Positions 1-13,209 are shown, counted from the first letter of the stretch. The stretch is 64,000 bases of DNA from Dendrobates tinctorius (GCF_039654945.1 NW_027361825.1:22754001-22818000); one strand, 5' to 3'. Numbers and translations: made by a program. Notes: generated by a model from the letters alone, not told the origin.

Positions 1-217
1 CCTATCTTCCTTTTTTTCACCCTCACCTTGTATGTAAAGTCTAGTCTTGTTAGCCAAGAGGGTGTTCTACTCAACAGCATTTAAAATCAAGTAAAAAAGA
101 AGGCCATCTTTATGGCAAGTGATGGACCTGCTTTATTAGGGAGCAGATCATTTACTTTTTTGGAACACAGGTCTAAGGCTCCCCCTAGTGCTGACTGTTG
201 GGCACTACATTCCTTAC

Positions 218-474
218 CTGGCAGCCACACTCTGAAGGAAGGTGCAGAAGTACTTGAGAGTCTCCCCATGAATAGCTGGAAGCAAGCAGGTGACCAGAGC
301 AGTGGCAGAAACCTTCTCCTCCTCGGACAGCGACTGCTGGATCTGACACAGAGGGTCCTGCAGCTCTGGGGTTAGAAGAGGATGTGGAAGTTCACGGAAG
401 AACTGTTTTAATAATGCCGCCACATCGCTGGGCTGAGCAGAGGTCAGGCCGCTCTCCCCAGACTCCAGCTGAGC
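218..474 (-). CDS. ARHGAP11A: ARHGAP11A-like RhoGAP, coding exon 4 (RhoGAP domain); gene continues beyond the window start
   Basis: AQLESGESGLTSAQPSDVAALLKQFFRELPHPLL...LKYFCTFLQSVAAR resembles the ARHGAP11A RhoGAP domain. AG acceptor at 476-475, GT donor at 217-216, phases consistent. May be a paralog rather than the ortholog. Confidence 0.85.
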
Positions 475-2980
475 CTGTAACACAAAAGATAGAATATATG
501 GAGGTCAGGCAGGGAAATATTGTACAGTGATGACCGTAGGAATGAAAATTAAGAGATACCGGTCGGGGACGACATTGTATATAATGGGACCCCGGACATC
601 TAGTAAAGGATTCCCTATGCTAAATTGTCCGTAAGGATCAAATGTGCATATAGGAGATGAATGCAATTTTATCCTTATTTATTACAGCCAAAAACAATGC
701 AAAACCAGAGGTTTTTTCCATTGCCAAAGTAATGTCGCCATACAATGCCTAAGTAACACCGTCATATCATGCCTATATAAAAGCTTTTAATTTACTACAA
801 AATGCATAGACAATTTCACTAAGAAAAAAAAAAAAAATTATAAAGAAATGTGGTCAGAGAAGTTGTGCCAATTGCAACAGGACGAGTGTCATCACGCAGA
901 GTGCTCGTCAGCAGGGGGCGACAACGAGCATAAGAGAAAGCATTAACCCAAGTGTAATTAAAGGGCTCTCCACACACAAGGGGCAGCACAGCCTCTCTTT
1001 GAAAACCGTCTCTCCAGTTACAGAGCTGAGGTCTACAGGTTGCAGATGACCAATGCATTGTCTCCCCCTTGTGGCAAGTGTAGGTTATACAGGTTTAGAA
1101 AAACTAATTTTTTTCTTCCAAACACAGCGTCACACTTGTTCATGGATTGTAACTGGTACTGCACCGTGGCAATATTAAACTTGGTGGGGGTGGATGTTCA
1201 GTACCTGGCCGCAGCCATTAGTCAACGGAGTGCAACTGAGCAGTTCCAGTGGCCGCCAACATCAGGAACAGCCGATCAATGGAAGTGATGACCTATCCTA
1301 AGGATAGCCCATCAATATTAAAGTCATGAACAACCCCTTTAACCTTTGGACAGCTGTGGCGCTATTTCTAGAAAAACATTTTTTTTTTTTTTTAATGGAT
1401 TGTTAAGAAAAATAAATTAAAAAAAATAAGCTAAAAATCTGGAAAATATCCATAAGTTGGTTTTTAAATCGGGGGCAGATAAAGGACCACTGAGCAAAAA
1501 TAACTTACAGGCTAGTTGCATCTTCGAGCAGCTGAGTATATTACTCTTCCCTTTTAATGTTAGGGATAACCCATTAAGGGAAGGGAGGGTATTGAATTAT
1601 TCGTGAATACACTTTTCAAATTGGCTACGTCAAGCCACTAATTTTTGACTAGAGGCCAATGGAATTTCCCCTTTACATTTTTTTTTTTTCTTTTAATGAC
1701 GCCAGTGCTACATGGAAAAGAAAAAAAAAAATCCAATCCGTTTAGGAAAAAGGAGATTTTTCTTACAGGCTGCCCGTCCTCCGAACGTTACATGCATTGT
1801 AGAGCGACTGTTGCACAAATGTCAGCCGTGCGCTGCGGTCACAAGATGCTGCTCCTTCCTCTCTTGCAGGAATATCTTGCACCATTCTCAAACCTTGCAC
1901 AATCGCAGACTTGACTCACTGAACACAGGAAGAGTCACTGCGGGATTATTCTCTAGTACATACATTGAGAAGCCATGATAGAGGGCCTGGAAATAAGGAT
2001 TTTCTTTGGGGAAATTGCTTCTCTTTTTAGACAGAAAACCCAAAAATCAGAAGGGATTTTTATAGGTTTATATGGAAGTTAAGCTTTTCACACAATGATG
2101 GATTCTTATAGAAACTCAACTCATATCAAGTTATCACAGTCTATGTAGGAGATCATCGGCTGCAAATCGGGGTGGGGGCAACATAGTCCAACCTGAATGA
2201 TAGTCGTGCTGCGAGAACACCGGGTACCCTCTGGATCGCACCAAGAATCTCGATTTCTCTTTGCCGGAGAAGGACAGGGTGCATGACGCACAGTGATAAA
2301 GAATGGCCGCCCTGCACCGTGCTTACCGGTCATTTAATATCAGGCAGACCGGGCTTTAGATACGTACTGAACGGTTTTTAACGGGTTGTTCTCGGCAGCA
2401 TGAGTCTTGTTGACACGGCATGATGCACTGCCCGGAAGGATGATCTTTTGTGCAAAAGATCATTTCACCAGAGCGAGTGTCAGGTCAGGGTTTAGGGCGC
2501 AGTCAGACAGCCATATAAACCAGAGCGCAATGCACGGACTGGCTGGCAGCTCTCCCAGCCAGAGAGTGACAGTTTCTCGAATTTTTATGTAGCCGTCATG
2601 TTTAGGTGACCCGCCAGCCAGTCCACGCACTGGGTTCCAATCTCGCTCCAGTGTATGCAGCCTTCAGACAACAGGATCATCATGAAAAAGGAGCGAGGTA
2701 TCTAGGTTTCGCCCACAAAAATCCTGCGGTGTGAACAAACCTTAACACTCTGTATGGGTGAAAAGGCCACCTCTGTCCTCCTCCCAAAGACATTCTTATT
2801 TGGCACCATATCCTTTTCTGCGACTCTGACAACACACAATTTAATTTTGGCTTCTTCTGGTTCTTCATTCACAAATTGTGTAAGAAAGTTTACCAAAATT
2901 TCAGGAATCTCTTTCTTGGTGCTTAGGGGGTCACATTATGCTTTTGGTAAACTGACTTAAAGAGCATTTCGTAACGAGTT

Positions 2981-3948
2981 TGTGGCGCCCCCAGGAGTAT
3001 GGTCGCCACACTGGCTTTGCCTTCCTCCAGGGGAGGGTAATGCCAGGCTTGGAGGCAATGATGGGTCTCTCTCACAGTCAATCCTTACATACAACACAGT
3101 TCCACTCCAGGCCAGCAGGGGGAGCTCTGACCCAGGATTGAGGGGAGGAGTGCTCTCTGTGGGCCAGGAGGAGGAAATAGTTAGTCTGCGGAGGGTGAAC
3201 CTGGAGGTTGAGCTGCAGAAGGCGAGCTCCCTCAGCTTGAGAGCTCAAGAACTGGAGTCTGGTCTCCACGGTGGTACGGATACCAATGGTCCTGCCACAG
3301 ACACAAGAGGAGTAGGAGGCTGTAAATGCCCTACTCTCATCTAAGACTTGGGACACAACAGCAGAACGGATAGAGAGCCGGGATCCAGGAGGTACGTGAT
3401 CAGGCTACAGCTGTCTGTCATACAAGTGAGAGTTCTAGGAACATCTGACAGGAGGAACTTCAGAGTAACTGAGTACTGGAGTGCTTCACGCCACACGAGC
3501 GCTAGGAAGGAGACTGCACAGCCCGTCTGTGAGAGAGAATCCCTGAGTTGCTTCCAGGCTAGCCTGCTCCAATACCATATGTAATCAGGACCCTGGACTG
3601 CAGTTATCAAGTAAAGGTACAGAAATTGCACCCCGCTGTGTCTTGTCTGCTTCCTACCCTGTCGGCACTGCTACATCCCCGTGCCAACCACCTTTACACT
3701 GCCCTGGGGTTACAGCTTCACCTGTGGGGAGCTACACCATCAGCCCCAGAGGATCTGCACGCAGCGTTGGCTAACATCTTGCCAAATACCACAGGTGGCG
3801 TCACGAACTTTCCATATAAACTACATTACAAACATCATCTGCCATTGAATGGGCGCCCAGGGCCACGGACCGGGTCACCGCTGGTGTGACACATCCCACT
3901 GACACCGGCCCGGTATTGAGTACCCCACAGCCCTGGGAGGGCGACCCA
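2981..3948. mobile_element. Solo LTR (Gypsy-type)
   Basis: TG...CA ends, terminal inverted TGTGGCGCCC/GGGCGACCCA, 4-bp TSD AGTT (2977-2980, 3949-3952). Confidence 0.85.
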
Positions 3949-4049
3949 AGTTCTTGTCTGTTTATTAAAATTTTGGAACCCTTAAGCATCACAAAGGAAA
4001 CCATATTTATTTTACAGACTTATAGAACGTGATTAATTTCAGAGCGCTC

Positions 4050-4160
4050 TACACAGGGAGAACATACAAACTCCTTGCCGATGTTTCCTTGGTGGGATTC
4101 AAACCCAGGACTCCAGTGCTGCAAGGCTGCAGTGCAATCCACTTGAGCCACCGTGCTGCC
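4050..4160 (-). mobile_element. tRNA-derived SINE head (V-SINE-like), 3'-truncated
   Basis: Minus strand GGCAGCACGGTGGCTCAAGTGG (A box) ... GGTTTGAATCC (B box) ... GAGTTTGTATGTTCTCCC. Confidence 0.75.
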
Positions 4161-4561
4161 CAAGTGCAAACTTCTCAAATCATTGGCAAGTCGGTCAAAA
4201 AAAATAGAGCTACATTGTAGTCTCAGCTGCTCTTCCATCTTGAGTAGAAGCACTACCTTATCTCCCCCCCCCCATTAACACCACATTATAAACTTTGTCT
4301 ATCTTAGGCATGTCCACCATCCTCAATGGGAGAACTGTCACCATGGTGCATTCAAGCTTCTCATAACCTTTGATGATCAGTCATTCAGTAAGAGAACTGT
4401 GCCAAGTTCTGCCTTATGTGAAAGTCCTGCATGGACATTAGATATTCAATCTTCTTGCAGGCAAGTCCTTCACCCAGAGTAGAAGACTCTCCCATTATCA
4501 CTAAACTCTATGTGATACACATAAGTAGCAATTGATTAAAAAGTAAGAGTGCTTTATATAC

Positions 4562-4658
4562 CTTTAGGGTTTTTATTCTATTTACTGATCCAGACTTTCT
4601 AAAGATCCCTTCAGTGTCCAAATGGCATCTCAAGAACTGGCAGATTTCAACCACAAAC
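4562..4658 (-). CDS. ARHGAP11A: ARHGAP11A-like coding exon 3 (arginine finger)
   Basis: FVVEICQFLRCHLDTEGIFRKSGSVNRIKTLK, with the RhoGAP EGIFR motif. 97 nt, canonical AG/GT, phase 2 to 0. Confidence 0.9.
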
Positions 4659-5203
4659 CTAGAATGAAAGAAGTGGTTGGAAAATTGTTATTTAAAACGG
4701 TTTCTCCATGTCCATAAAAACGTTATCAAATGGATGCTGTAAAAACAAGCATTTTTGCAATTTACTGCTTGTTAACATTTTCAGCAATTCTTGAGATATT
4801 AACACTTTTGTTTAGAGCTCGTTGCCTAGAAGACCGACCACTGCAGCGAAGCTGGATGGATGAGAAGGTAACAGCGTGCTCCAGCCTTTCCAGCATCAAA
4901 ACCATTTATAAGCGCTGCGCACATTCTGCTGGCTAGAAGCGGTGGTCCGTCTCCAAGGCAATGAGCTGTAAACAAAAGAAAAAAAAAGAAAAGTTAATAT
5001 CTTAAGAACGGCTGAAAATTTTAACAATCAGTAAATTGCAAAATTGATTGCATTTATCAGCGCTATCCGAAAATATCCTTCTATGAAGATGGGAATAACG
5101 ACTTTAATCTTTGAAATGAGAATACTCAATGCACATGGGATGCGTTTTACAGAAATTATGGACCATGAATGGGACCCAAGTCATTTACAAAGTCACCACT
5201 TAC

Positions 5204-5280
5204 TGTGGGATCTCACCCTCTTTGGCAAGTGGAAGGGACTGTAGTGGAACCCCAAATATTTCCCCACTGGATGTCTTCCT
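5204..5280 (-). CDS. ARHGAP11A: ARHGAP11A-like coding exon 2
   Basis: RKTSSGEIFGVPLQSLPLAKEGEIPQ (cf. GKIFGVPFNALP...GHIP). 77 nt, AG/GTAAG, phase 0 to 2. Confidence 0.88.
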
Positions 5281-5351
5281 CTAAAATAGTAAAGAAAAGT
5301 TGATCAACGCATGGTTGTGTCTTGAGGACTTTACCTCCCTCTGAAGGTTAC

Positions 5352-5450
5352 CTGGAGGTCGGGACTGACTGCCTTCTTTGGCATTCGGAGTTTAATTCCC
5401 AGAGACTTTAAATGTTGGATTATGACCACCGAAGGCCCCGTAGCTCTCAT
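5352..5450 (-). CDS. ARHGAP11A: ARHGAP11A-like first coding exon (exon extends to acceptor at 5486)
   Basis: MRATGPSVVIIQHLKSLGIKLRMPKKAVSPDLQ resembles the ARHGAP11A N-terminus (LLQHLRAFYGIKVK). Phase-0 donor GTAACC; 71-nt intron to the next exon. Confidence 0.8.
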
Positions 5451-6410
5451 TATTTCTAATCGGAGGCCCCCCTTAGGACTTGTATCCTACAAACATAGAG
5501 CAATAGTAAATAGTTGGGCCGTGACCATAGACCTTAAAAGGATCTCATAAAAAAAAAAAAAAAAAGTATAAAAATTAAGCAACATTCACACTGTTTCAGC
5601 CCATGTTTGACTTCATCAGGGGCTCTCAAACCTCAGAAAACGGTAGTCAGACATTCACAACAATGAGAAAGTCAATTTGTGCTCCTGTCCCCATTTGCCA
5701 TTTGTAAGCTCAATGCTCCAAAGAGAAAATACCTCCATAATGACAAGTATGGTACTTTTTTTGGACTGTTATATATAACAATCATATTGGAGGTACAGTA
5801 TGGCCTAATAGGAAGCATATTACTGCCCATGACAAAACTGGGATTCTCCTAAGATCTACTGATGGAAGTTTAGGCTATTCCATCATGGGGGGGGGAACCC
5901 ACACACAAACAGTGGGCATAGCATTTTTATAAATCCCATATACTTCACTGGAACTGTAATACACGGCTTTTTTTTGCTCACAAAATTAAAAATAAACTTT
6001 GCAATTTTTTTTATGCAAATTAAAAGCTGATTTTTTACAATACCAGCAAAAGGTATTCCATTTCAGAAATGTCATGCACACGCTAGAAACTACAGCATGA
6101 CTTTTTTTTCTTTTATTGCAGCATTTTTTTTCACCTATAGAAAGTAATAAGCGTAAAAATACAACTTTTTGTTCGCAGCAACAGCCTTTTCGGTGACTAA
6201 ACCGCGTACTGTAGACAAATCACACAAGAAATCCACACCAAAGATTGCTCATAAAAATGCTGCAAAGATGGAGTTTCTTGCTGCCAAGAGAGCAGACTTT
6301 GAACACTGAAAAAAAATGCAGTGTGTGAACACAGCAGATCCGCTAAAAAGTCTACATAAAAAACCCTGTGTGTGAACACATCCCGACAGATCCTGTTAAC
6401 GTACCCTAAC

Positions 6411-6443
<33 letters not shown>

Positions 6444-6668
6444 GGATTTTGAAGCGGATCTGTTTCAGATACAAAACTCCATGTGAACGTACCCTTATGT
6501 TTCCAGCTATTTACAAGGCAGATCTGTCACCAGCGGAAACTGATAAGAACAAAAAATAAAAATTAAGTACCATTCGCATCAGACATCGAGGCCCTGGGCG
6601 TGATGGCTCCTTCCACCCCTCACAGCTGGGGGTCTTTGTGTTGAGTGAGGAGACTAAACACAGCATTA

Positions 6669-6828
6669 GGCCGGGGACACATGCGAGAAACTCGGACGGG
6701 TCTCGCACTGCCGCCGGCATTCGGGAGTGGAGCGTTCAGCTGCATAGAAATACATGGAGCTGCACCCTCCGCTCCCGAGTATTGACGTGCGAGACTCGTC
6801 CAAGTTTCTTGCATGTGTGACCTCGGCC
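6669..6828. mobile_element. Harbinger-type MITE
   Basis: TIRs GGCCGGGGACAC / GTGTGACCTCGGCC, TTA TSD on both sides, internally palindromic. Confidence 0.8.
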
Positions 6829-7371
6829 TTATGAGGACTCAATAAGAAGTCCAATGTCCTAGTGTCTGGTTTTTACAGATCTCTCTAGTACCTGTGATAG
6901 CTGGGGGGGGGGGGGGCATTAACACGTCCGATTTTTTTTCCTCTGATCAAGGGGAGACGGGTCAGATTTTGATACGAGGGCTGAATCAAAATTGGCAATG
7001 CAAGTCTACGGGTCCATGAAGAAGAAAATAATAATCAGACTGCACTCAGATGACATCTGATTTTCATGAATTGTCAGAATGGAGAAGCTTTTTTCCCCCC
7101 TTCAAATAGCAATGAATCTTAGCTCAAATTAATCTGTCCGTTTTCTCGCACGAGAGAAAAACCGACATCTGAACGAGGTCTTAACCACATGGGATAAAGT
7201 AAATGCAGCCGCTCAGATATTCCAACTATTATTTAGGGTATGTTCCCCCAATACACAAGGGCCTTGACGGTACACAGTCTGCGGAAAGCTCTGACCTGGT
7301 ACCTGCTCTCTGTGTCGCCCGCCGCCTTGCTCTTCCTATGTATCATATCCAAGCACAAACCAAAGTACTCA

Positions 7372-7540
7372 CCTATTACCTGCACCAAATAATTGTCCTG
7401 CATTGCATGCTGGGAGAAGTGCTCTCACCTCCCCCTAAGTAGTGACCAAGAAGCGGGATGGACTCCTGCTGGGGCGGCACTACTGAGGGACATCCGCATT
7501 CAGTGCTCTCATCTAGAAGGTTGGGAGCGGCCAAAAGCTG
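7372..7540 (-). promoter_or_regulatory. Possible non-coding first exon/promoter of the ARHGAP11A-like gene
   Basis: Strong minus-strand donor GGTGAGTAC near 7372, a GC box (GGGGCGG) and unique non-repeat sequence. The first coding exon has an upstream acceptor, so a UTR exon is needed. Confidence 0.35.
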
Positions 7541-8795
7541 TAAAGATTTGTCAGAAATTGTTTTTATTTATTTCTCCAATAAAAATTCTTTATTTAAGCA
7601 TCAATGGATGCTGAAAGGTGAAATATTCTGGATTAATAGACGGTTGCAGAATACTTTATAAAAAAAAAAGTCAGATACTATAGATAAGGAGATGTTCACA
7701 CGCAGCGTTTTTTGAAGCATTTTTGTTTTAGTGCAAACAATGCAGGATATATGCAGTTTTTATGCTTTTTTTTTTACTCTTCCTCCTCTATATTGAAAAC
7801 CCCCCAAAAAAGCATAAAAAAACACATGCAAACTTTCAACTAAGCTTTTAAGATCCTCATTGATCTCTAGGCCATGTTCACACATGAGGGTTTTCTTTCT
7901 GCTGCTTTTTATCCACCCTTTCTGCATTTAACTGTTGCGTTTTATTGATGCTTTTCCCCTTTATTTGATGCATTTTTGCTGCACTTTTTTTAGGGTTTTT
8001 ACTCATTTTTTATAGAAAATCTTTGTTTCTACGCTTAAAAACACCACTGCTTTTTACATAAGTTTTTTATGCTCTTCCATACAAGTGTATAGAGAACAAA
8101 AACCACATCAAAAAGGTTCAACAAGGTCTGTAATCACACAGAGGGCAGGAGTTTTAATGGTATCACATCCACTATGCTTTGACCTTTAGGGTGTGTGCAC
8201 ACCTGGTGTTTTGCACTTTTTTTGTAGTTAAAATCTTCACTCTTGGCAGTAAAAAGGCTGCATTTTTAGTTGCTGCTTTTTTGGGTGCAGATTACATGTA
8301 TGATGTGTAAAATTAATTCTAATCACCAAAAATGCTGTAAAAAACTTTGAAAGAATTGACATGTTGCAGTTTTTTAAAAAAGACTGCAGTTCTCAAATTT
8401 AGTCAGGAAAAAAAACTAAAGCCGGGGTCACACTGGCGAGGAATACGGGCGTGTGAGAGGCGCAAAAGGCACGCATTAGACACGGACCAATGATTTTCTA
8501 TGGGGTCCCTCGCACCAGCCGTATATTTCTCCTCCGTATCCTCCGCTCCGTGCCACTCACAGCATGCTGCGATTGTCAGCGTACTACGCCCGTAGTACGC
8601 CAATGCAAGTCAATGGGTGCGCAAAAAATACGGATTACACACGGACCACACGTGTGACCTGCGAGCAATACGCAGGTCTTTTGGCTGGTGACAGGAAATG
8701 GGCTAATCCATCATCAGGAAGCCTAGACATGCAAATCACCTCAAATAGCGCTCCAGACATCCAGGAAGTACGCCTCCACGGAGTACAGCAGCAGC

Positions 8796-10075
8796 ATGGC
8801 GTCCACATATATTAATGTTGAGATGCTCATTGTGCTGGTGCAGGAGCGTCCCGAAATATGGGACCCACGCGATGCAAATTATGCGAACCGGACAAGAAAG
8901 GAGGCGTCATGGAGGCGCATCTGTCGCCAGATGTACCATGACTTTGGTGACAGACCACGTGATGAGCAGCATAAAATTCGTAAGTGCAACCATAAAAACA
9001 TCATTAACCTTAGCGCGCGATTAAAAAAGATTCTACAATCAGCACCCCCCTTCCTGTGCATGTACTTTTATTAGCCTCATGAGGCCGTTACATTTGGATG
9101 CGACACGTGGCTTCACACAGCCATAATTAAGGGTTAGGCCACAAGCTCCTCATCCTCCTAGCCAATAAAATTATTTTAAGTGTAGCTAATGAGACCCTGT
9201 GTATCGGCCCAATTACATATGCCACCATGGGTAGAAAGCACACCCCAGAAGGCCCCATGCCTAGACTACTGTTAGAAAATGTGACCTCTCAAATATGTGA
9301 TTTTGACAATCTTTCCTGTCACATTGCAGTGGAAGATGTGATGAAACGCTGGCGAAGCATCCGGGACCAGTTCCGCCGGGAACGCCAGCAGCGGTCCAGG
9401 AGTGGGGATGCTAGACATGTGAAAAGAAAATATATATACTATGACCGGCTGAACTTCCTCGCCCCAATTCTGGATCTGAGACCGTAAGTACATACCTCAC
9501 ACCACATTACACAAATACATTACACAAATACTTTACAGGGACAAAAATATTGATGTATTTTTGCCTCTGTTCTATTTCATAACAGAACTCAATCCAACCT
9601 AACGGATCGAGGAACGGCCTCAGAGGCAGAGCCCATTATAGATCCTGTAGGGGATGAGGTGGCTGGCCCATCTTCTACAAGAAGGATGGCTGAAGATGAG
9701 GCATCACAAGACCACACAATGGCTGCCGTACACACCACACCACCAGGACGGTCTGCTGCTGCCACCTCACCCATCCTGGAAGAGCCGGGCAACTTGAGCA
9801 GCAGCCCAACTGCCCAGATCAGGTCCTCCCCACAGGCTGCTCTAGCATCACGGCGAACAAGAAGAAGGCGCCAGGTCACTCTTCAAGAGAGCAGGACCAA
9901 TGTGGACACAGGGGTGCTCAATTATTTGTCCAGAGTAACTACAGATGATGGTGAGGAGGCCTATGCACGTAGCCTCACCCTTTATCTCCGTGCCCTTACC
10001 CGTGAGGTCAGGCTCCGTATTAGGGGATGTATTCAGATGCTGCTTGATGCAAGCACCCCCCCCAATACCCCATGA
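8796..10075 (+). CDS. Harbinger Myb/SANT-like (MADF) DNA-binding protein, exons 8796-8979, 9330-9483, 9586-10075 (Q/P-rich tail continues out of frame to 10497)
   Basis: LIVLVQERPEIWD...Y...R...WRRI...VMKRWRSIRDQFRRE is the MADF signature. Splice sites are canonical and phases match. Probable frameshift near 10072. Confidence 0.75.
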
Positions 10076-11409
10076 GACCATCTACACAGATGCTTGCTCA
10101 AGCAGGGTCTGAACGGCCCCTAATACGTGGGCCAACACCTCAACCCCTTCCTCCCCCTACCCAACCGTCTATACCGCAGCCCCAAATGTCTTCCTCAAGC
10201 CAACCCCACCAATATGGCCACTTGTACCCACCCAGTGTTGGAGGCTGGTCCCAACCTGGTTGGGGACGATCTGGCTATCTTGGTGGGTATGAGCCACGGG
10301 CCTACCAGAGCCAACAAGAAGCCCCTCACCATCATCATTACTCTGGCCAGTATCCCCAACAGTCCCAGGAGGCTGGACAATTCCAGCATCATGGGCAACA
10401 GTATGGCCCCACACAGGGCGATGTTGGCCACAATGTCCAGCAGCACCCACAGGCTGTTCTTCCACGTTCCCCTTCCCCAACATATGAGGATTTATGATTC
10501 TGATGGTTGGAGATGCCCAGTCAGATGTAACTGGTGCTCCTAATCTAAATGAAAAAACAGGTGTTCTCCTTCACCAACATTTAGAACATAATTTAACATT
10601 CACATTTTTAAACAATGTTTTCCAAACATATGAAACAATCCATCATGACAGGCAACGCTACCTCACGCCTTTCAGACAGATATTACATGTGTGTAGAAAA
10701 GAGAATCTTTAAATGCGGTATGCTGTAAAATGAAAGGATGAAAATACACTACTCACTTGCTAACACCTAGGAAAGGCGTGCTGGCCTTAGTGAAGTAGTC
10801 ACCTTTTTTGTTAGCAATCTCTAGTACAAAATTTCTAGGCGACAAGCATTCAGAATAACCCGCTCTCTCTATGTCTTAACAAGTGAGTTTTGTATTTTCA
10901 TCCTTTCCGGTATAGCATGCTTAAATATTGTCTGTTCTACAGACAGGTAATATCTGTGTGAAAGCTGTGAGGTAGCCTTGCCTGTCATGGTGGAATCTTT
11001 CTATGTTTGGCTAACATTATGAGGAAATGTGAGTGTTATCTTGTTGCCTTTATTTTGGTGATGGAGCTCACCTTTTGTTGGCAAATCTAGGTTAATCTAG
11101 TGATGCAGCAATGTTGTTTTTGCCTAATGTTTGTGGCTGTTTGTTATGTAATGTTCATTTTACAACAACTTAAAGAAGGCACAAAGGGTCATTTTGGCCA
11201 TTGCCAAATTTGTCTTATGGCAAAATTATGTTTGCCTTTAAGCGAAAAAAAAAAAAAAAAAAAGGCAAAACTAAATATTTGTCTACTCTACTTAACGTCT
11301 CTGTGTGATTTTTCACAATCCCTCACAACATACTAACAGACACCAACCAATGCAATGAAACACTCATAGAATCATAAAGGCTTGAGTAATATATATTTTT
11401 CTTACTTTT

Positions 11410-12270
11410 GACTCTGCAAAAACTCTTACTGTTTCTCTTATTCATTCTCGTCTCGACTATTGTAACTCTCTTCTAATCGGTCTCCCTCTTACCAAACTCT
11501 CCCCTCTCCAATCTGTCTTGAATGCTGCAGCCAGGATCATATTCCTCACCAATCGTTACACCGATGCCTCTACCTTGGGCCAGTCATTACACTGGCTACC
11601 CATCCACTCCAGAATTCAGTATAAACTTATTACCCTCACCCACAAAGCCCTCCATGGCTCAGCACCACCCTACATCTCCTCCCTTGTTTCAGTATACCAC
11701 CCTACCCGCGCCCTCCGTTCTGCTGATGACCTGAGGTTAGTATCCTCAATAGTCAGAACCTCCCACTCCCGTCTCCAAGACTTTACACGCCAATTCTTTG
11801 GAATGCACTTCCCAGGTCAATACGATTAGTCCCCAATCCCCACAATTTTAAGCGTGTCCTGAAAACGCATTTATTCAGACTGGCCTATCGCCTCAACACA
11901 TTAATCTAACCTATCCCTGTGTGGCAGAGCCAAAAGTTTTACCATAACCAGGTTCCCAGCATCATGTTCCCACATGCTTTATGCATCCATTAGCCCTCTG
12001 TGTCTGTACTGTTACACACTTAACATTATGGCTGGTCCATACAATCAGGGCAACTGTTACCACCCACCTTTCGTGTCTCCCTCTTTCCTCATAGACTGTA
12101 AGCTTGCGAGCAGGGCCCTCACTCCTCTTGTTATTTGTTATAATCTACTGTATGTGATTATTGTTATGCTGTAATGTCTATTGTCTGTACAAATCCCCTC
12201 TGAAATGTAAAGTGCTGCGGAATATGTCGGCGCTATAAAAATAAAATTTATTATTATTATTATTATTATT
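11410..12270 (+). mobile_element. L2 LINE 3' fragment
   Basis: SRLDYCNSLL...NAAARIIF...LHWLPIHSRIQYK is the L2 ORF2 C-terminus. The 3' UTR ends in GCGCTATAAAAATAAA followed by (TTA)n. Confidence 0.85.
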
Positions 12271-13209
12271 ATTTTGACACACTTAAAGCAACAAATTATA
12301 ACATAGACACAGCATGCTCTTGCCAAGAAGTTGCCCCCTCAGGTGAGATAAAGTAATTAGTGAAAATATCACGCACTTTGAGGCCAGAGAGCGGTCTACG
12401 TTGAGGGTTCATAGGTGGTCTCACCCTGCGCACATTGTCCGGCCTACGCACAACACCATCAGAGGAGGAGCAATCTTGTATCCTGGTGAAGTTATGCAGA
12501 ACAACACAGGCTTTCACAACTTCATTCACATTTTGCTCACTCAACTGAATGGCAGACTGGAGTACTCGCCATTTGGCACAAAGAATCCCAAAGGAACACT
12601 CCACCAGTCGCCTAGCACGTGATAGGCGCAAGTTAAAAATTCTGCGCCTGTGGTCAAGGTTGCGCCGGGGATATGGCCTCATGACATTGCGCGATAACTG
12701 AAAGGCCTCATCTGCAACAAGGACATAAGGGACTGATTGTTCGGGGGAGCCTGGTAGCTGGCGTGGTGGTGGTAGATCCAACTGGTTGGTGCGTAGCCGC
12801 CGAGCCATTATGGAAGTATTGAAGACTCTAGAGCAGGGGTCCCCAACCGCTGGTCCGCGGCCCAGCACCGGGCCGTTGCAGTGCCCTTGCCGGTCCGCGG
12901 ACACAAGGGGAGCCGGGGGGCGGTGCAGCAGCTGATACTCACCCTGCATCCCGCGGCGGCTTCATCCAGCGGCGGCTTCATCCAGCGCTGAGCGGTCACG
13001 TGCTACCGCTCATTTAAGGTCATGAATATGGACGCCACTCATCTTCCATAGGCGTGGCGTCCATATTCATGGACCTTAATGAGCGGTAGCATGTGACCGC
13101 TCCGCACAGGAAGAAGCTGAAGCGCCGCGAGATGCAGGGACGTGCAGCGACGGGAAGGAAGTTCAGCGACGTGAGGGTAAGTATGATGGGGAGGATGGGG
13201 GAGGATGGG

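Noticed and set aside
2100-2960. Coding-like minus-strand stretch (EIPEILVNFLTQFVNEEPEEAKIK...)
   Set aside because: No recognisable domain, several stops, and not needed for the ARHGAP11-like exon chain; could be an unidentified relic.
4050-4160. tRNA-like A and B boxes
   Set aside because: SINE head followed by SINE body; not a tRNA gene.
5333-5351. Alternative donor GAG|GTAAAG for the first ARHGAP11-like coding exon
   Set aside because: Wrong phase and would leave only a 54-nt intron.
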